DNA of 63,746 bases, filler included, from Catajapyx aquilonaris (Eukaryota), in NCBI GenBank assembly GCA_000934665.2. It is 4 parts of 4 records of this genome, joined end to end, with 100 filler letters (N's around TTAATTAATTAA, not from the genome) between each part and the next. Parts side by side here need not be neighbours in the genome. Positions count along the whole stretch, not along the records: positions 15,934 to 31,858 come from JYFJ02007383.1; positions 31,959 to 47,774 come from JYFJ02007384.1; 2 more parts are not named here. One strand, 5' to 3'. Every line of letters starts with the position of its first letter. Positions within the stretch are counted from its first letter, which is position 1. Under the pieces are notes generated by a model, which did no database searches, had not been told where the DNA came from, and saw only the letters and a list, made by a program, of their open reading frames with translations. This document shows positions 23,504 through 36,494 of the stretch, in pieces. The position numbers were made by a program, and so were the translations under genes.

Positions 23504-26500
23504 TGTAGTGACCCACGTTAAGGCGAAGGAGTCGCCACGCAGAATAACACACGAGGTCAGGAATGACAATAATCCAGGAACTTTATTCAGGAACGGAATA
23601 CACATGTCTGCCCAGAAGGCAGTCAGAACTAACACACCATTCAAAACAAACCCTGATCTCCCTAACAACCATCAACAATCAGTTGCCTGGTCACTACATT
23701 CTTCCCCCCTTAGAAACGGAACGAGAACTATCATTCCAGCAATCCTCTTCCTCCAGCCTGGACTTCTTTTTTTTCTTCTTCTTCTCCAGTTCATCCAGGT
23801 GAAGTCTGTACCTCTCCAGCTGGAGTTTTGTCCTCGCTCCAGTTCCAGTCGTATTTCTGCATCTGCTGCTGAAGCGTATCCACTCGTGGTCTCTGCAATG
23901 GAATCACTGTCATCAGCGTCTGCTTCATCACCAGCCTCCAAGATCAGCGTCCGCTTGACCACCATCCTCATCAAGAGCATCTGGTTGACAGCTAGTCTCT
24001 TCCAGTGCAGCATCTGTTTTGCCACCAGTTTCATATCGGATCTTCCCAGGACCTCTCGTCTCTCGCCCGTCCGGCTGCACAACCTCAGCGCTCTGCCAGC
24101 ACATTGGATGTTTCCGCCTCGGCCTCCACCATTCATTCAGCGATAGGATGACCCCTTCCGTATCGTCACTCTTATCCACTGCTGTTGTTTGCTGCGGCCC
24201 GGCCCTTGGCTCCCTGCAGCTTTTCGACGAATAGGTCACCATCACCATCACCATCACCATCACCATCACCATAGGTACGGCCCATAATCCACGCAGGCCC
24301 CTTCTTGGCGCGATCCTCTGGGGCGATGGTCCTGCCTCACGGCGCCATCCTCTCGGCACCAGATGTTCGGCTTCTCCCTGTCGATCCTTACGGCCTCACT
24401 CACTCCTGCCACTTCAATCTGCAGGCCCTCTGTCTCCCTGCAGAATCTATCTGGTTCACCTGCTCTAGACGGCACCGTCCGCGTCGCTAGGTGCGGCACC
24501 CTCCCGTCACAGCCAGTCTCTTCTCGCCCTCCGCAGCGACGGCACAGCTTATCGGAGTTCTTCCTCCAGCACCTTCCCTCTGCAGCCAGTCCATTCCAAG
24601 AACGAAAGGTAACCGTAATCTTGGGATGACTGACCGGGGCCGTGATGGTAACGTCACGGCTTGCTGTGTGAAAGGCCCCAGGTTCGATCCCCGCCTGGGG
24701 AACAGCACATGACCCGTTTTCAGACGTGCACCTTGCATCCATGTTCCCTCCCCAAAAATCCCCCATCCCTTCCCCATGTCCTTTCATCCTTGCACCGGAG
24801 TGAAGAAGAAAAAATACAAAATTGAAGAAAATGGTGGTATCCCACCCCCCTATAAGGACCCATGGCCCTAGCACGGGGTAACGTAAAAAAAAATCTTGGG
24901 ATGACTGCCGCATCTGGAACCTTCCTGGGGCTGCCCACATCTTGGAATTCCCCGTTGATGTCCTGCCTGCCCACACTCTTGGACTCTGCAGTCGGCTGTT
25001 CCGTTGACACGTGCGGCGCACACCCGTCGCACGATGGCCTCTCATGGCCCTCCGATGCAACGGTACAACTATCCTTCCGGCTGGACATCGTCAGGTCCAT
25101 CTCCGCTGCGATAACCTGCCTGGCAACTCTCCTGGACTCTCCAGAGTAACTATTCGGCTTCTCCGTCGCTAGGTTCGGCACCCCCTCATCACACCTGGAC
25201 CTCTCCTCGTCTGCGACGGTACAGCGTTCCTTTCGGCTTGACGTAGGCAGCTCCATCTTCGCTGCGATCTCAGGCCTGGCCACACTCCTGGACTCTCCAG
25301 AGTAGCTATTCGGCTGCTCCGTCGCTAGGTGCGGCTCACATCCGTCGCACCTGGGCTCGTCCTTGCCTTCTGACACGACTCTGCAGATTCGTGGCCCCCT
25401 TTCTCCCACTCGATACCCCAGAAGCAAGTCCATCCCGGAAACGCAGGTAACCGTAATCCCGGGAAGACCACATCAGGAATCTTCCTGGGGTTTCCCATAT
25501 CTTGGAAACTCCTGCTGCTGGTCTCTTCAACAGTAGGGGTCACCTTCCCCCTGCTGTCAACTTCTTCCCAGTCAGACTTAGGCAACTCTAACTCAGCAGC
25601 TCTGTCCGGGCTGGCCCCACACTCGTACGTCCATGTGTCCCATCTCGACAGCTCCCTTCTGCCGTTGCCTCGCAACTCGACTCGCCGCTAATTGTGGACT
25701 TCTTCCGGTACGTTTTCTCCGTCTCCAAGGCGTTCCCTTGGTCGTCACATGGCAACGTCACCTTGCCCCTCACTGTTGGCCCCACGGTTGGCTCCATACT
25801 CCATAGGCTCCATACGGTTTGTTTGGAATGCAGCAACCCTCGGAAACATCGCCTTCCTTGCTTCCAAGTACCGCGCCTGTGCCTCCAGCTCATCGCGATT
25901 CCGACGCACGGCCCCCGCGCCAACTCCTCATTCCATTCCTGGCTATGTGCCTGCAGCCCCTGGTCGTGGCTCTGACGATGACGATCAGCCTGCGCGGCCA
26001 GTTGCATCTGCGTCAACGCGCCTCGCATATCTCTCCGGAGTTCCTCCTCCATGGATGCTCTTCCATCGGGAAGGTGGCCACCTCGCAACGCCTGGTAGTC
26101 TCCAACTCGACCCCCCTTGCTTCCTTGCCACGTTCCCGGAGTTGTCTCCTGCCTGGCCTCCATCTGCGCCGCAGTCCTTCCACCAATACATCCTTCCAGT
26201 GTATTTGGCTGGTTGCACAGGCCTCTTCCGCTTTGGCGCACCTCTCTTCCCCAAGAATGGCTCGCAGCTGATCGAGGAATGCCATCTCCCTCGCAACGTC
26301 CGAAACCGGAGGTTTCGCTATCCCACTTCTGACACCAATTTGTAGTGACCCACGCAGAATAACACACAAGGTCAGGAATGACAATAATCCAGGAACTTTA
26401 TTCAGGAACGGAATACACACGTCTGCCCAGAAGGCAGTCAGAACTAACACACCATTCAAAACAAACCCTGATCTCCCTCACAACCATCAACAGCCAGTTG

Positions 26501-26513
26501 CCTGGTCACTACA
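23504..26513 (-). mobile_element. Non-autonomous LTR retroelement (Gypsy-like); LTRs 23504-23698 and 26341-26513
   Basis: LTRs TGTAGTGACC...GGTCACTACA; TSD GTAC; PBS TGGTGTCAGAAGTGGGAT complementary to the tRNA-Leu 3' end; purine tract AAGGGGGAAGAA next to the other LTR; no recognisable RT or integrase. Confidence 0.9.
24633..24891 (+). mobile_element. tRNA-derived SINE (family A, internally deleted) inside the LTR element
   Basis: A/B boxes (GGTTCGATCCC), A-tail, 16-bp TSD AATCTTGGGATGACTG. Confidence 0.88.
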
Positions 26514-26582
26514 GTACGTAATTATGGTGTGTACAGTCGGTTAAAGGAGTGATATCGACATTAATTTATTTAGGTAGGTTCA

Positions 26583-28117
26583 GGGCCGATTTCTCAAACA
26601 GTGGTTCAAATGTAAACAAGGTTCAAGTCCGGTTTGAACCCAGTTCAGAGAAATTTCCATTTCTCGAGGCAAAAGTAAACCATGGATACGGTTTAAACTC
26701 GGTTCACATCTGACGGCCCGATTGCCGGCCGTTATCTGAAATAAACCGGGCTTGGAATGCCGGGAACAACAATGAAAGGTGTCATTTTTTGACTAATTGC
26801 CGACGTTACTCCGCAAAATGACTTTTTATGGCACTTTTCGGAGGCCAAAAAATTCCCCCTGTGAACCACAGATAGTGCAAATCTTTGTCTCTCTAATGAT
26901 ATATTTGAAACTTAGAAATCGCAACTATGTGTAATCATAATTAAGTTAATTGCACACCTCAGTTATCTCGGCCGTTTCTCATCCGAATTACTTCGCGAAT
27001 GTATCGACGGCAAGCCAGAAATGTGCGTGATAAAATTACATTGTGGGGAGGTGTAGATGGCCGAGATGGTAACGTCTCGGCTTGCTGAGTGAAAGGCCCC
27101 AGGTTCGATCCCCGCCTGGGTAACTTTCCTTTCACCTGCGTCAGGAGGGTCTCTGACCTGCACCAAGGAGGTGTCTGGCAACCTAACCTCCTGGGGAACA
27201 GCACATGACCCCTTTACCGACATTGCACTTGCACCAATGTTCCCTCCCCAAAAATCCTACCCTACATCCTTGACTCCTTGCACCGGTGAATGAAGTTAAT
27301 ATAGTAAAATGGAGTGAAATGGTGGTATTCCACCCCCCCTAAAAGGCTCAGCCTTATCACGGGGTAACGTAAAAAATTACATTGTGCTCTATTACATTAA
27401 AACTTTTAAAAGTCTTGTTTTGGTAAGTTTAATAGTAAGTGATAAGGCTGAGCCTTTTAGGGGGGTGGAATACCACCATTTCACTCCATTTCACTCAGCC
27501 CGATTTCTGGCGGAAATAGACGGCGATACTTTTAAATACGTTTAAAAATTTTTAGTGTAGCACTATGTAATTTTATCACGCACATTTCTGGCTTTCCGTC
27601 GGTACATTCGCGAAGTAATTCGGATTATAAACGGCCGAGATAACAGAGGTGTGCAATTAACTTAATTATGATTACACAAATGGCGATTTCCGAGTTTCAA
27701 ATATATATCATTAGAAAGACAAAGATTTGCACTATCCAGGGTCCACAGCGTGAATTTTTTGGCCTCCGAGAAGTGTCATAAAAAATTCATTTTGCGGCGT
27801 AACGTCGGCAATTAGTCAAAAAATGTCCGTTTCCAATGCGATGTCCCTCACTCCACCTTCTAGACTTGCTGACTAGAGTTTTTTTTACAAGCCGGTAAAG
27901 ACTCGCGCTGAAGCTCATACCGGTTCGGGGAAATGGGGACGACGCGACATGTGGTAACGGCGCAATTCTAACCGCGGCTTGTCGTTCACATAGTAACCGA
28001 GGGTTTGTTTAAGCTCGAGAAATGCTCACACTCGGAAGGGGAGTTTAAACTGCATCCAGCGTGTAGACGCAAACTCAGTTCAAACTGACCTTGAACCACT
28101 GTTCGAGAAATCGGCCC
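26583..28117. mobile_element. PIF/Harbinger-type MITE containing a ~260-bp inverted-repeat element (26783-27825)
   Basis: TIR GGGCCGATTTCTC.AACAGTGGTTCAA; 3-bp TSD TCA. Confidence 0.8.
27046..27372 (+). mobile_element. tRNA-derived SINE family A (full length)
   Basis: Same head and tail as the 24633 copy; 14-bp TSD AAAATTACATTGTG. Confidence 0.88.
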
Positions 28118-28579
28118 TCAGTCGACTAAAAGTTTTCTGTGGGTCAGATTGAGAAAATGAAGTTGTACACAAGTAAGAGTAACGACAAGTGGTTATTGTG
28201 ACTAAAAGAAACAGTAGGATAAATCAACACTAGTAAAAGATTATGGGTTTTAACAAAGTATATCTACGAGTCACAAGTATCACAATAAAATAAGTACGGG
28301 GTTTAAACACTTACATGTAGGATCGGACCGTCGCGTCGCGTCGTCTGGAGATAGTGTGAACGGTACGGAGTCTCTTCCGTGATGTGCCTGGGGATGCTCT
28401 GCCAACTGGGGCAAGCCCGTGTGGAGTATTTACGAGGGCGACTCAAAACAAATTGGGACTGATATTTTATGTGATAAAGAGCGTTAGTTCATGACTTTTC
28501 GTGAGTGACATCGTGTCCAGAATGGCTTTAAGTATTAGATCACCAATTTTTGTTCGAATATTTTAAAATCCCAAGCGAC

Positions 28580-28655
28580 GGGCGACATGGTGGCGGAGTG
28601 GTTAGCGCCGCAGCATTCCACCTCTGATGTCCCGAGTTCGATCCCCGGGTCGGAC
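28580..28655 (+). mobile_element. SINE family B, 5' fragment
   Basis: Matches the head of the 56219 SINE (gtcccgagttcgatccccgggtcggacgg). Confidence 0.7.
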
Positions 28656-28704
28656 GGGGGGGGGGGGCAGCTGCCCCTCCCCTGCCCCCCCTGGCTACGC
28701 CCAT

Positions 28705-29003
28705 GATAGGGGGTGGCACACCACCATCAGTTTTCAAACTTGTTTTTCTTCAATCACCGTGCAGGGACTTCAAGATGTAGGGTAGAGATAGGGATTGTTG
28801 GGGAGGGGACACTTGTGCAGGTGCAATGTCTGAAACGTTTGGGCCATGTGCAGTCCCCAGGAAGTTAGGTTGCCAGACACCTCCAAGGTGCGGGTCAGAG
28901 ACCCTCCTGACGCAGGTCGAAGGGAACTCCCAGGCGGGGATCGAACCTGGGACATTTCATTCAGCAAGCCGAGATGTTACCATCTCGGCCACCACACCTC
29001 CCT
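28705..29003 (-). mobile_element. tRNA-derived SINE family A, reverse copy
   Basis: Reverse complement of 27046-27372. Confidence 0.8.
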
Positions 29004-29489
29004 CTAAAGTAGTCATTTCGTAATGATTTTAAGGTTCTGATCACGAATATGACAATGAAAACTCAAAGTTGGCTACCATTCCTGAGAAATCCGCAATAGT
29101 TTCTTACTTAACAGAGTAATGTGGACATATGGAGTGTACCATTAAAGGTCCGCTTACACTGCCGATATTGCCGAATAAAGTAGTCATTTCTTAATGATTT
29201 GAGGTTCCGATAATAAATAATAAAATTCACTATCTTGGGTGTTTAGGTCAATGTCTAAAAACTCGTTTTGCTTTCATGCACTGTTCATGTACTGTTTTTT
29301 ACTCATTTTGACGCTTTCCTCCTTCCTCTTCCCTGAAAAGTGCACTTATATTTCATCATTCATAATTGCCAGCTTTGCCATTGTTTTTCCCATGAAAAGA
29401 AACCTTTATGCACCAAAAACCTCGCCGATATCACTAATACAGAAGGTCGTTTCACCTCTATGGAATCAAATTGCGATTTAAAATAACTT

Positions 29490-30571
29490 CGTGTGAAACC
29501 ATTCGCCACCAACGACGTTGTTGTATGTGATACCCCTGTAGTCGGACTATCAGCCAACATCGAAGCATTCATTCTATGAGACCTATTTTTAAAGCAGGAA
29601 GGTCAGTTTTGTCCCACCCCACCTGAATGACTGTCCAAATGCTTGCAAGATACCAGGTGGGTCTCCTCGTGAGGGTCCTTTTTAGCATACTATTAGTAGA
29701 AATCCATGTGAGAGGTATCGGCAGATTTGGCAGGGATGTCGGATGTCGGCATGCAATGTTTCCCTTTCTCAATCTCCATACATTTCACGTAGACCACCGT
29801 CGATCGAGACGTATGACTCGATGCTTACCATGGTGCATCAACACCTTTGAAGTGTCCCAGCCATGCAGCCGAGAGATATCATGTCGATACGATGGTGTCA
29901 GTACGTTCCTCTGGTTGCAGGCAGAACTGATCATGGCCTTTTTGCCAAATCTGTGCAGTGACCTTGCCTCTGTGGCAGTATCCTGCCGCCACCATGAAAT
30001 CGCGTACTTAACTTTCTTTGCACTCGCGCACCCAATGCAAATTGGCTTTGGACGTGTGTTGCGGTAGTAAATGGCCCGTACCTAGTTGCAGTCAGTTAGG
30101 TACACCCATGCTTCATCCAGTGACATGATATGTTTTCATCTTTCACCAGCTAATTGTCTCTCGTACAGCTTTCTGCAGGCGGTCTTGCGCTCTGCAATGT
30201 GACTCGGTTTCAGCGGATGAACTTTGACTATGTGACCGTACTTCCAAGTTCAGATCTTGCGATGAACAGTTGACTGGGACAGGACTGGGACACTGACACA
30301 CATGATGCGATGTGCCCTTGGGTGTTTGGGTTCTCCTTTGTCACCATTACTTGCTTTTCTTCGTCACCTCCAATGAAAATGTTTAGCACACACTGATTCC
30401 TGATCTGACTGTATGTATATTCCACGTGGAAAGAGCAACAATGTGCCCTTCCCAAAAGGGAATTATTCTTGAAGGTAGGCCACACTGTGCAACAACTGTC
30501 TTGTACACGATGCCGATGTGTCCTGGTCTGGGCTTTTCACCAAGGCTCATTTCGCCCAGGAATCTCGCCAT
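29490..30571 (-). pseudogene. Decayed Tc1/mariner-superfamily transposase (DD..D, maT-like)
   Basis: Fragments SLDEAWVYL, H..ASSHT across a frameshift and SADTSHMDFY (SPDLNPxD-like); many stops; TIR-like end GTTGCCCAGTG-TA at 30958-30970. Confidence 0.7.
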
Positions 30572-31858
30572 GGTACACTACTTTTCTACTGCTATTTAAA
30601 CTTTGATCACATACAATGTGAAACAGCCTTATCTGTAAAATCCAGCTTCCTCAGATCCTTGCAAATTGGATCAATTTTTGACCTTTTGACCACCGCATCT
30701 CACGAATTCTTGAGAACCAGGGTTTTTCTGGAAATGTGCTTTCTTCCTAGCAGATCAAGAACCAGAAAAACACATTTTGAACATGAACTTCCCATAGAAA
30801 TTCCCGATGTTCCCTTGTATGTCGTGTATACATGGCCATATGACCATCGCTGTATCTCCTAAACTAGAGCCAATCGTCAAATTTTATTGTCATTTTCGTG
30901 TTCAGCACCTCGAAATTAGTCAAGATTTGCTATCTTCATTTCAAATTTTTTGCGTGTGTTGCCCAGTGTAATCAGCGTTAGAGGTTATATAAATTGAGAA
31001 TCTCCACCGACGCGACGCGACGGTTCCCAGGAATATTTCGTACTTTATACCCTACTAACACATTACTAGTACGTACCCCTTGCAATATTTAATATTAATA
31101 TCTCGATAAGTAATTTTAATATTGTAAAACTAATTGCTCCAGATGGGTACAATTTGATGTAGGTTTGACGTATATGATTCAATTGCGAAATAATGAAGAA
31201 ATATTGTCCACGCCAATTTCTGGACGTAATGTAACAAATACGTAATATACAAAGAAATAAGATTGCAACTTGTGGAATACAGGACATAAAAATATGTCAC
31301 GATAAAATAATTTTATTACGACCCAATTTAGATGCGAAATAATTATTTCGCATATTTCTTTAGACCACGGAACGTGACATGTCACGTCCGTGTGCTGTCC
31401 CAACCCTCACATTTTAAAATTCCACTGTATTAAATTATTTTGAACTATTACGCACATTTACATTACGGACTGTGCTAAAGACTGGGTTCGGTTCTCTAAA
31501 CCCTATGGCCTATGCCATGGATAAAGTTGTCATTTTTTTTTGTAGTTTTTAGGCTAATTTTCACCTAAAAGTTGTAGCCAAACAAATAATAAAAAATACA
31601 TTCAAAATTAAAATGTACACTGTACTACGGAAGCTCCTAGGGGCCACCCACTTTTAATTTAACACCACATATTTTCACCGATGTTTTTATTTGACCCGCA
31701 GTGTATTAACTGCGGCATTAATTATTTTCACCCGTTCCCGCGTGTTTTTTTTTCTTCGTCCCCCTTTTATTTTCCGCACCACAGTTTTAATTTTACACAT
31801 GTTCGAGATACGAATGCGGGCCTCGTCGATAGCACGATAGTGTAGTGCGGAGTGAGAG

Positions 31859-31958
31859 NNNNNNNNNNNNNNNNNNNNNNNNNNNNNNNNNNNNNNNNNN
31901 NNTTAATTAATTAANNNNNNNNNNNNNNNNNNNNNNNNNNNNNNNNNNNNNNNNNNNN
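31859..31958. other. Assembly gap with linker
   Basis: N run. Confidence 0.98.
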
Positions 31959-32118
31959 CATCAGGCAAATATTTTGGCTCAAATATCAATGAATTAACTA
32001 TTGGCTTGAAAGTAACTGAAACTTTAACATATCCTTTTGTCCAAGTGACATAATACTTGTAATTAGTTACTTTCGCAACAGTTACTGCAACGTGCTTATT
32101 TTTAAGCGTACAACTTTG

Positions 32119-35100
32119 TTAACCCCTATAGCCCTTAATCATAGCGGAGATCCAATTCCTCGAGTAATACGGGTCGGTGAAGTACGTCATCAAACCACTG
32201 CAACTCTTGTGCTCCTCGCCGGGTTTTGTGACACTGTATCCAGCACCGAAAATGCCTTGCAGGTACCACCTACGGTCCAGGAATTCCCCCGATGGGAAGA
32301 CCAGTCCTGAGCCACGCGATGCTGGGCACATACCTGTACCTATACACACACAAAAGTTAGATATAAAATATGTGTATGAACATTACGGCTACCTGTCTCC
32401 ATTCGGAGTAATCTGCTTTATCCAACCCTAAATGACTTACAGTTAGTTCAGTTGGAACGACATAGAAGGTATGTAATACTAACTATTGTATGAGCACTTG
32501 TAGGTTTCGAGGTCATCGGGAACCCTACGAACGCAATCATTTGGATTCAAAACCCAATGAGCAGGAAGGATGCTGGCCAACCGCAGTTTGTAGTAAAATG
32601 GGCCTGCTTCGATTGTGCCCCAACCTGAAACCTATATATTCAGGCCAGCATTAGCAGTGTGCACGTATCACATCTAGGAAACAACTGCGATGGGCTTACC
32701 GATACGTTGCTTTCTGGAGCCAAGTGTGACAATGCACTTTCCCAGGATGTCTTTGGCAAACAGACTGGCCTCACGTCTAATGTCATCTGGACAGGACGAT
32801 CTAACACCAGGATGGCGATGTTGCCATAAGTCGATTTTTCGGATTCGTATTTGATTATTTGCTTCACCTGGAATGTATCGACAAGGGAGTTCGTTTACCA
32901 GATCAAATTATTCAAAAAATGCATATCACTTGCATCGAATTCCTGCTGATGCTTGTCTTTGACATCAGAAGAGCTGTTATGCTTGCCAAGAATGACTTTC
33001 AAGGATTTACCTGCCTCTCGATGTGTGCATGCACCTTCTAGAAGGACACGATTATTATTGGAAATGGACCCCATAATCAGGGAAAGTAACTTTTAGTCAA
33101 CGTCTCATATGGTAAGTGAATGTTCAGCCCATTCAAAATAAAATAATTCACAATATTGACCTGTAATAATGAACCTGTCCTTTACAAGTGATCCTCCGCA
33201 TCTATAGGACCAGTCTTCTGAAGTGCCAGCGTAAATAGCCGCATTCCATGGCCAGCTGGAGGTCGGCTGACCTTCGATAATCGCCGACTCTTCTCTTCTG
33301 CCACAATCTATTCAGAAATATGCTATTTAATATCACTTTTTATTGTCGAAATCATTGGCTTACCCAAGGAGCAGTTGAGGGAGAGGCCGGCAGACCAAGA
33401 TCCGCCTGAAAGGCATCGTCTTGACGTGTGGCTTACATCCCCGTCTCCGCCAGTGTAATATTCACTGCATTTAAAGGTAGCCACGGTGCCCTCAGGAACA
33501 TCTTCCATGCATGGAATTTTTATATCGTTGTGAAAACATTGAATTTCCAGGCCAGGTCCGTTGTCTATGATAGGCGGACATGTTGCTGGTGCGGACGTTG
33601 ATACTTCAGTTTCGTCTCCTGGACGTATCAGAAAAAAAGATCTTGTTATGAAGAGTTAAAGCAAAGAAATTACTCACTGGAAGTACCGTATCCAGAAATC
33701 ACTTACGCCCACATTCCAGTCGGAAACGAATGGCCAAAACCTTTGGTAAAACAAAGTTTTTGCTCTCTTGAGTAACTTACCCAGAATCTGAAACACAGTG
33801 TTTTCAATCCATTTCCTGAAGTAATACGTGCTGGTAAAGAAAGTCACAATCGGATCACATGGCTTGGGCTTTTCGTCTGGTTCCTTAATGTTGATTCCCC
33901 AACTGACGATGCCTTCCAGGTACCACCGACGGTCCAGAGCCACACCGTATGGAAAGACCAGACCTCCGCCATTGTCTGCTGTGCATGTGCGTGTACCTAG
34001 TAGAAACATGCACGTGTATAGCCTACAGAGTGACGAACACATGACCATAAAATCCTCATGCAGCTACGGTCGGGAATCCTTTGATATTGTGACACACCGG
34101 TATTACCAGAAGATAGATTATTATAAATCTGGGTTGTCAATTGAAATAAGGAAGCCACTGGACACACTGCCTAGAACATAGGCATACTAACCATTGAACA
34201 GAGATGCGCATATTACTTCTTCACCAATCCCATCCTGCAGGTGATCTGGAAGCCTCTGAACACACTCGTACAGACTCACAAAAGGAAGGTTTTCCACCCG
34301 AAGTTCCTCAGCAATGGTCCCATTGTCGGTCAAGCCCCATCCTGGAATCTGATCAAGTCTGAATTAGTATCGTATATCCTGAGGAGCCTTCCCATTGCCT
34401 TACTGATCCGAGGCTTCCTGGAGTCAAGTGATGGCGTGCAATTTGCCACTTCCTAGGCAGACAGATTGGCCTCACGTCCAATGTAATCTTGGCAGGACGA
34501 TCCAACACCAGGATGGCGATGTCGTTCTCAAGGGGAGTTGCCGAGTATGACTCGTGGATAATTATTTGCTTCACCTGGAATGTAGGAATAGTAGGTTCGT
34601 TTGCACAACCAAATTGCATTTGATGCATTTAACTTGCATCGAATTCCTGCTGATGCTCGTCCCTGATGTCATAAGCGCTGCTGTACTTGCCAAGAATGAC
34701 TTTCAAGGAGGACTCTTGGTATGGTACAGTTTCACCCTTACGCGATAAGCAGTGTCCAGCTGGAATAAACAATATTTTGTTACACTCCATACTTCTTATT
34801 GAATGCCCAGGGTTCAATACCAACACTCTGAAACATAGTATCATTGTCCGTAATGAGGGATGAGTTTTGCGTAGTCCTATTAAGTGCGAAGCCACATAAT
34901 ATTAACCTGTAACTATGAACCTGTCGTGTACAAGCGATCCTCCGCAAGTGTAGATCCAGTCTCCGGACTTAGTCATGTAAATGGCGGCATGCCACGGCCA
35001 GTTTCCTCTGGAGGTAGGCTGATCTTCGATGATCTGCGGAAAGGACGACGTTTCTTTCTTGCCGCAATCTGTTCGGATAGGCCCAATGTTGTGTCAGCAA

Positions 35101-35485
35101 CGGTGTGTTTCAGATTGGCATTGATCGACTTACCCAAATAGCAGAAGAGCTGCTGTCCTGTAGACCACGACCCGTCTGGTAGGCATTGTCTCCTGTTGCT
35201 TACGTCCCCATTACCACCGGCGTAATGTTTGTCGCATTTGAATGAAGCTACGGTCCCTTCAGGAACACTTCCTTCATTGCAGGGGATTCTGGCATTGTTG
35301 TGATCGCATTCAATAATTTGACCTGGACCATTCTCCCGGAGAGGTGGGCATGAGGCACTAGAGTATCTGCAATAGTATTTTTAAAAGTTTGGTAGAGCCC
35401 CTTGCATTGTATCTGTTGCAGTCAGGAACTTGATTGATATACCTTACCTTATGACGCAAAGCACCAAGAAGGCACAAATTTTCAT
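32119..35485 (-). CDS. Gene C: signal peptide plus two [Sushi + serine-protease-homolog] modules, both predicted inactive
   Basis: MKICAFLVLCVIR exon; CCP C..C..W..C pattern; PQIIED, WPWHAAIY, AGHC and DIAI present but CTADNGGG (catalytic Ser to Asn); module 2 lacks His and Ser (CPASRGSG). Confidence 0.8.
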
Positions 35486-35560
35486 ACTTCAGCTCTTGCC
35501 TAAAGTGTTAAGTCTACCCTATGAAAACCGCCTCTGGCAAGATCTGCAAAATCCACTTTG

Positions 35561-35649
35561 CGACCTTGATTAGATATGGTAATCACGTATGTTCAGTGGC
35601 CATTCCTTTTGTGGTTGTGTAAGTGGCGCAGTGATAGACTTTCCGGGAA
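35561..35649. promoter_or_regulatory. Conserved upstream block of gene C: FTZ-F1-like TCAAGGTCG and STAT-like TTCCGGGAA
   Basis: The same block is conserved at 42156-42256. Confidence 0.45.
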
Positions 35650-36494
35650 ATTGTGGTTCCAACAAGCTCGAATAATAGTATACTGTACAGTCATACGTTG
35701 CAAATGTTCAATGTTGTAGTACAATATTATGAACAGTATATAGGCCTAGGGAAAAGTACCCAAATTTTGACACCCTTGCGTTTCCATTATTGTAACAATA
35801 TGGCAATAATTGTCGGATGAAATTATTGTGTATAACAACTAAATATGAGCACAATGGAAAGCACAACAATAATAATGGATTGTTACAACCGGTTACAACA
35901 ATGGGATGACAATGGGCCTAGGAGGCTCTGTAGCTCCGTTGGGGTGGGTTTCCGACCATGGGTGTCCTATCTCAAACTGCTTCTCTTGGTAGCCCCTCCA
36001 TTGATGGTATGCCTATACTAGACATTACTAGACTATTACTAGACATGTTCTTTAAGTTTCCTAGGAGCAGCTGTGTAAATGACTGGTAGCTGCCAACTTC
36101 TCCAGTGTTGTCAGAGTCACACTGAAATAAGCTAAAAGTGGGCTAAATAATTTATTGATAACACGACAATTCACCGGTCATGATGCGGTACCGTTTGCTT
36201 TATCCTTTCGTTTATTTATGCACATTAAATTGGCACTACCTATACATTCATGGCATTAGGTTAATGTAACTTGCTTATTGGTACACATTACCAGAATATG
36301 GCTTCAATTAAATGCTGTTTTAAAAAGTAACTGCAAGTGCTGTACATACACTGTACCGCTTTACCAAGTATTGAAGTAAGTGCAGCCAATGTTTTTTTTT
36401 TCGTCCACGTTACTTCAGAACTGAACTTTTTTCGATTTGTACAGTATTCTTCAGTTCTTCCTACTCAATTATTTTTCAAAGCGAATTCCGAACT

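Noticed and set aside
25600..25680. Possible gag zinc knuckle (GH..WTYEC-like) in the LTR element
   Set aside because: Needs an assumed frameshift and lacks a clear CX2C; too weak to call
27046..27120. tRNA-like sequences (also at 24633, 52242, 56219, 57331 and 61514)
   Set aside because: They continue into SINE bodies, most with tails and TSDs; not tRNA genes
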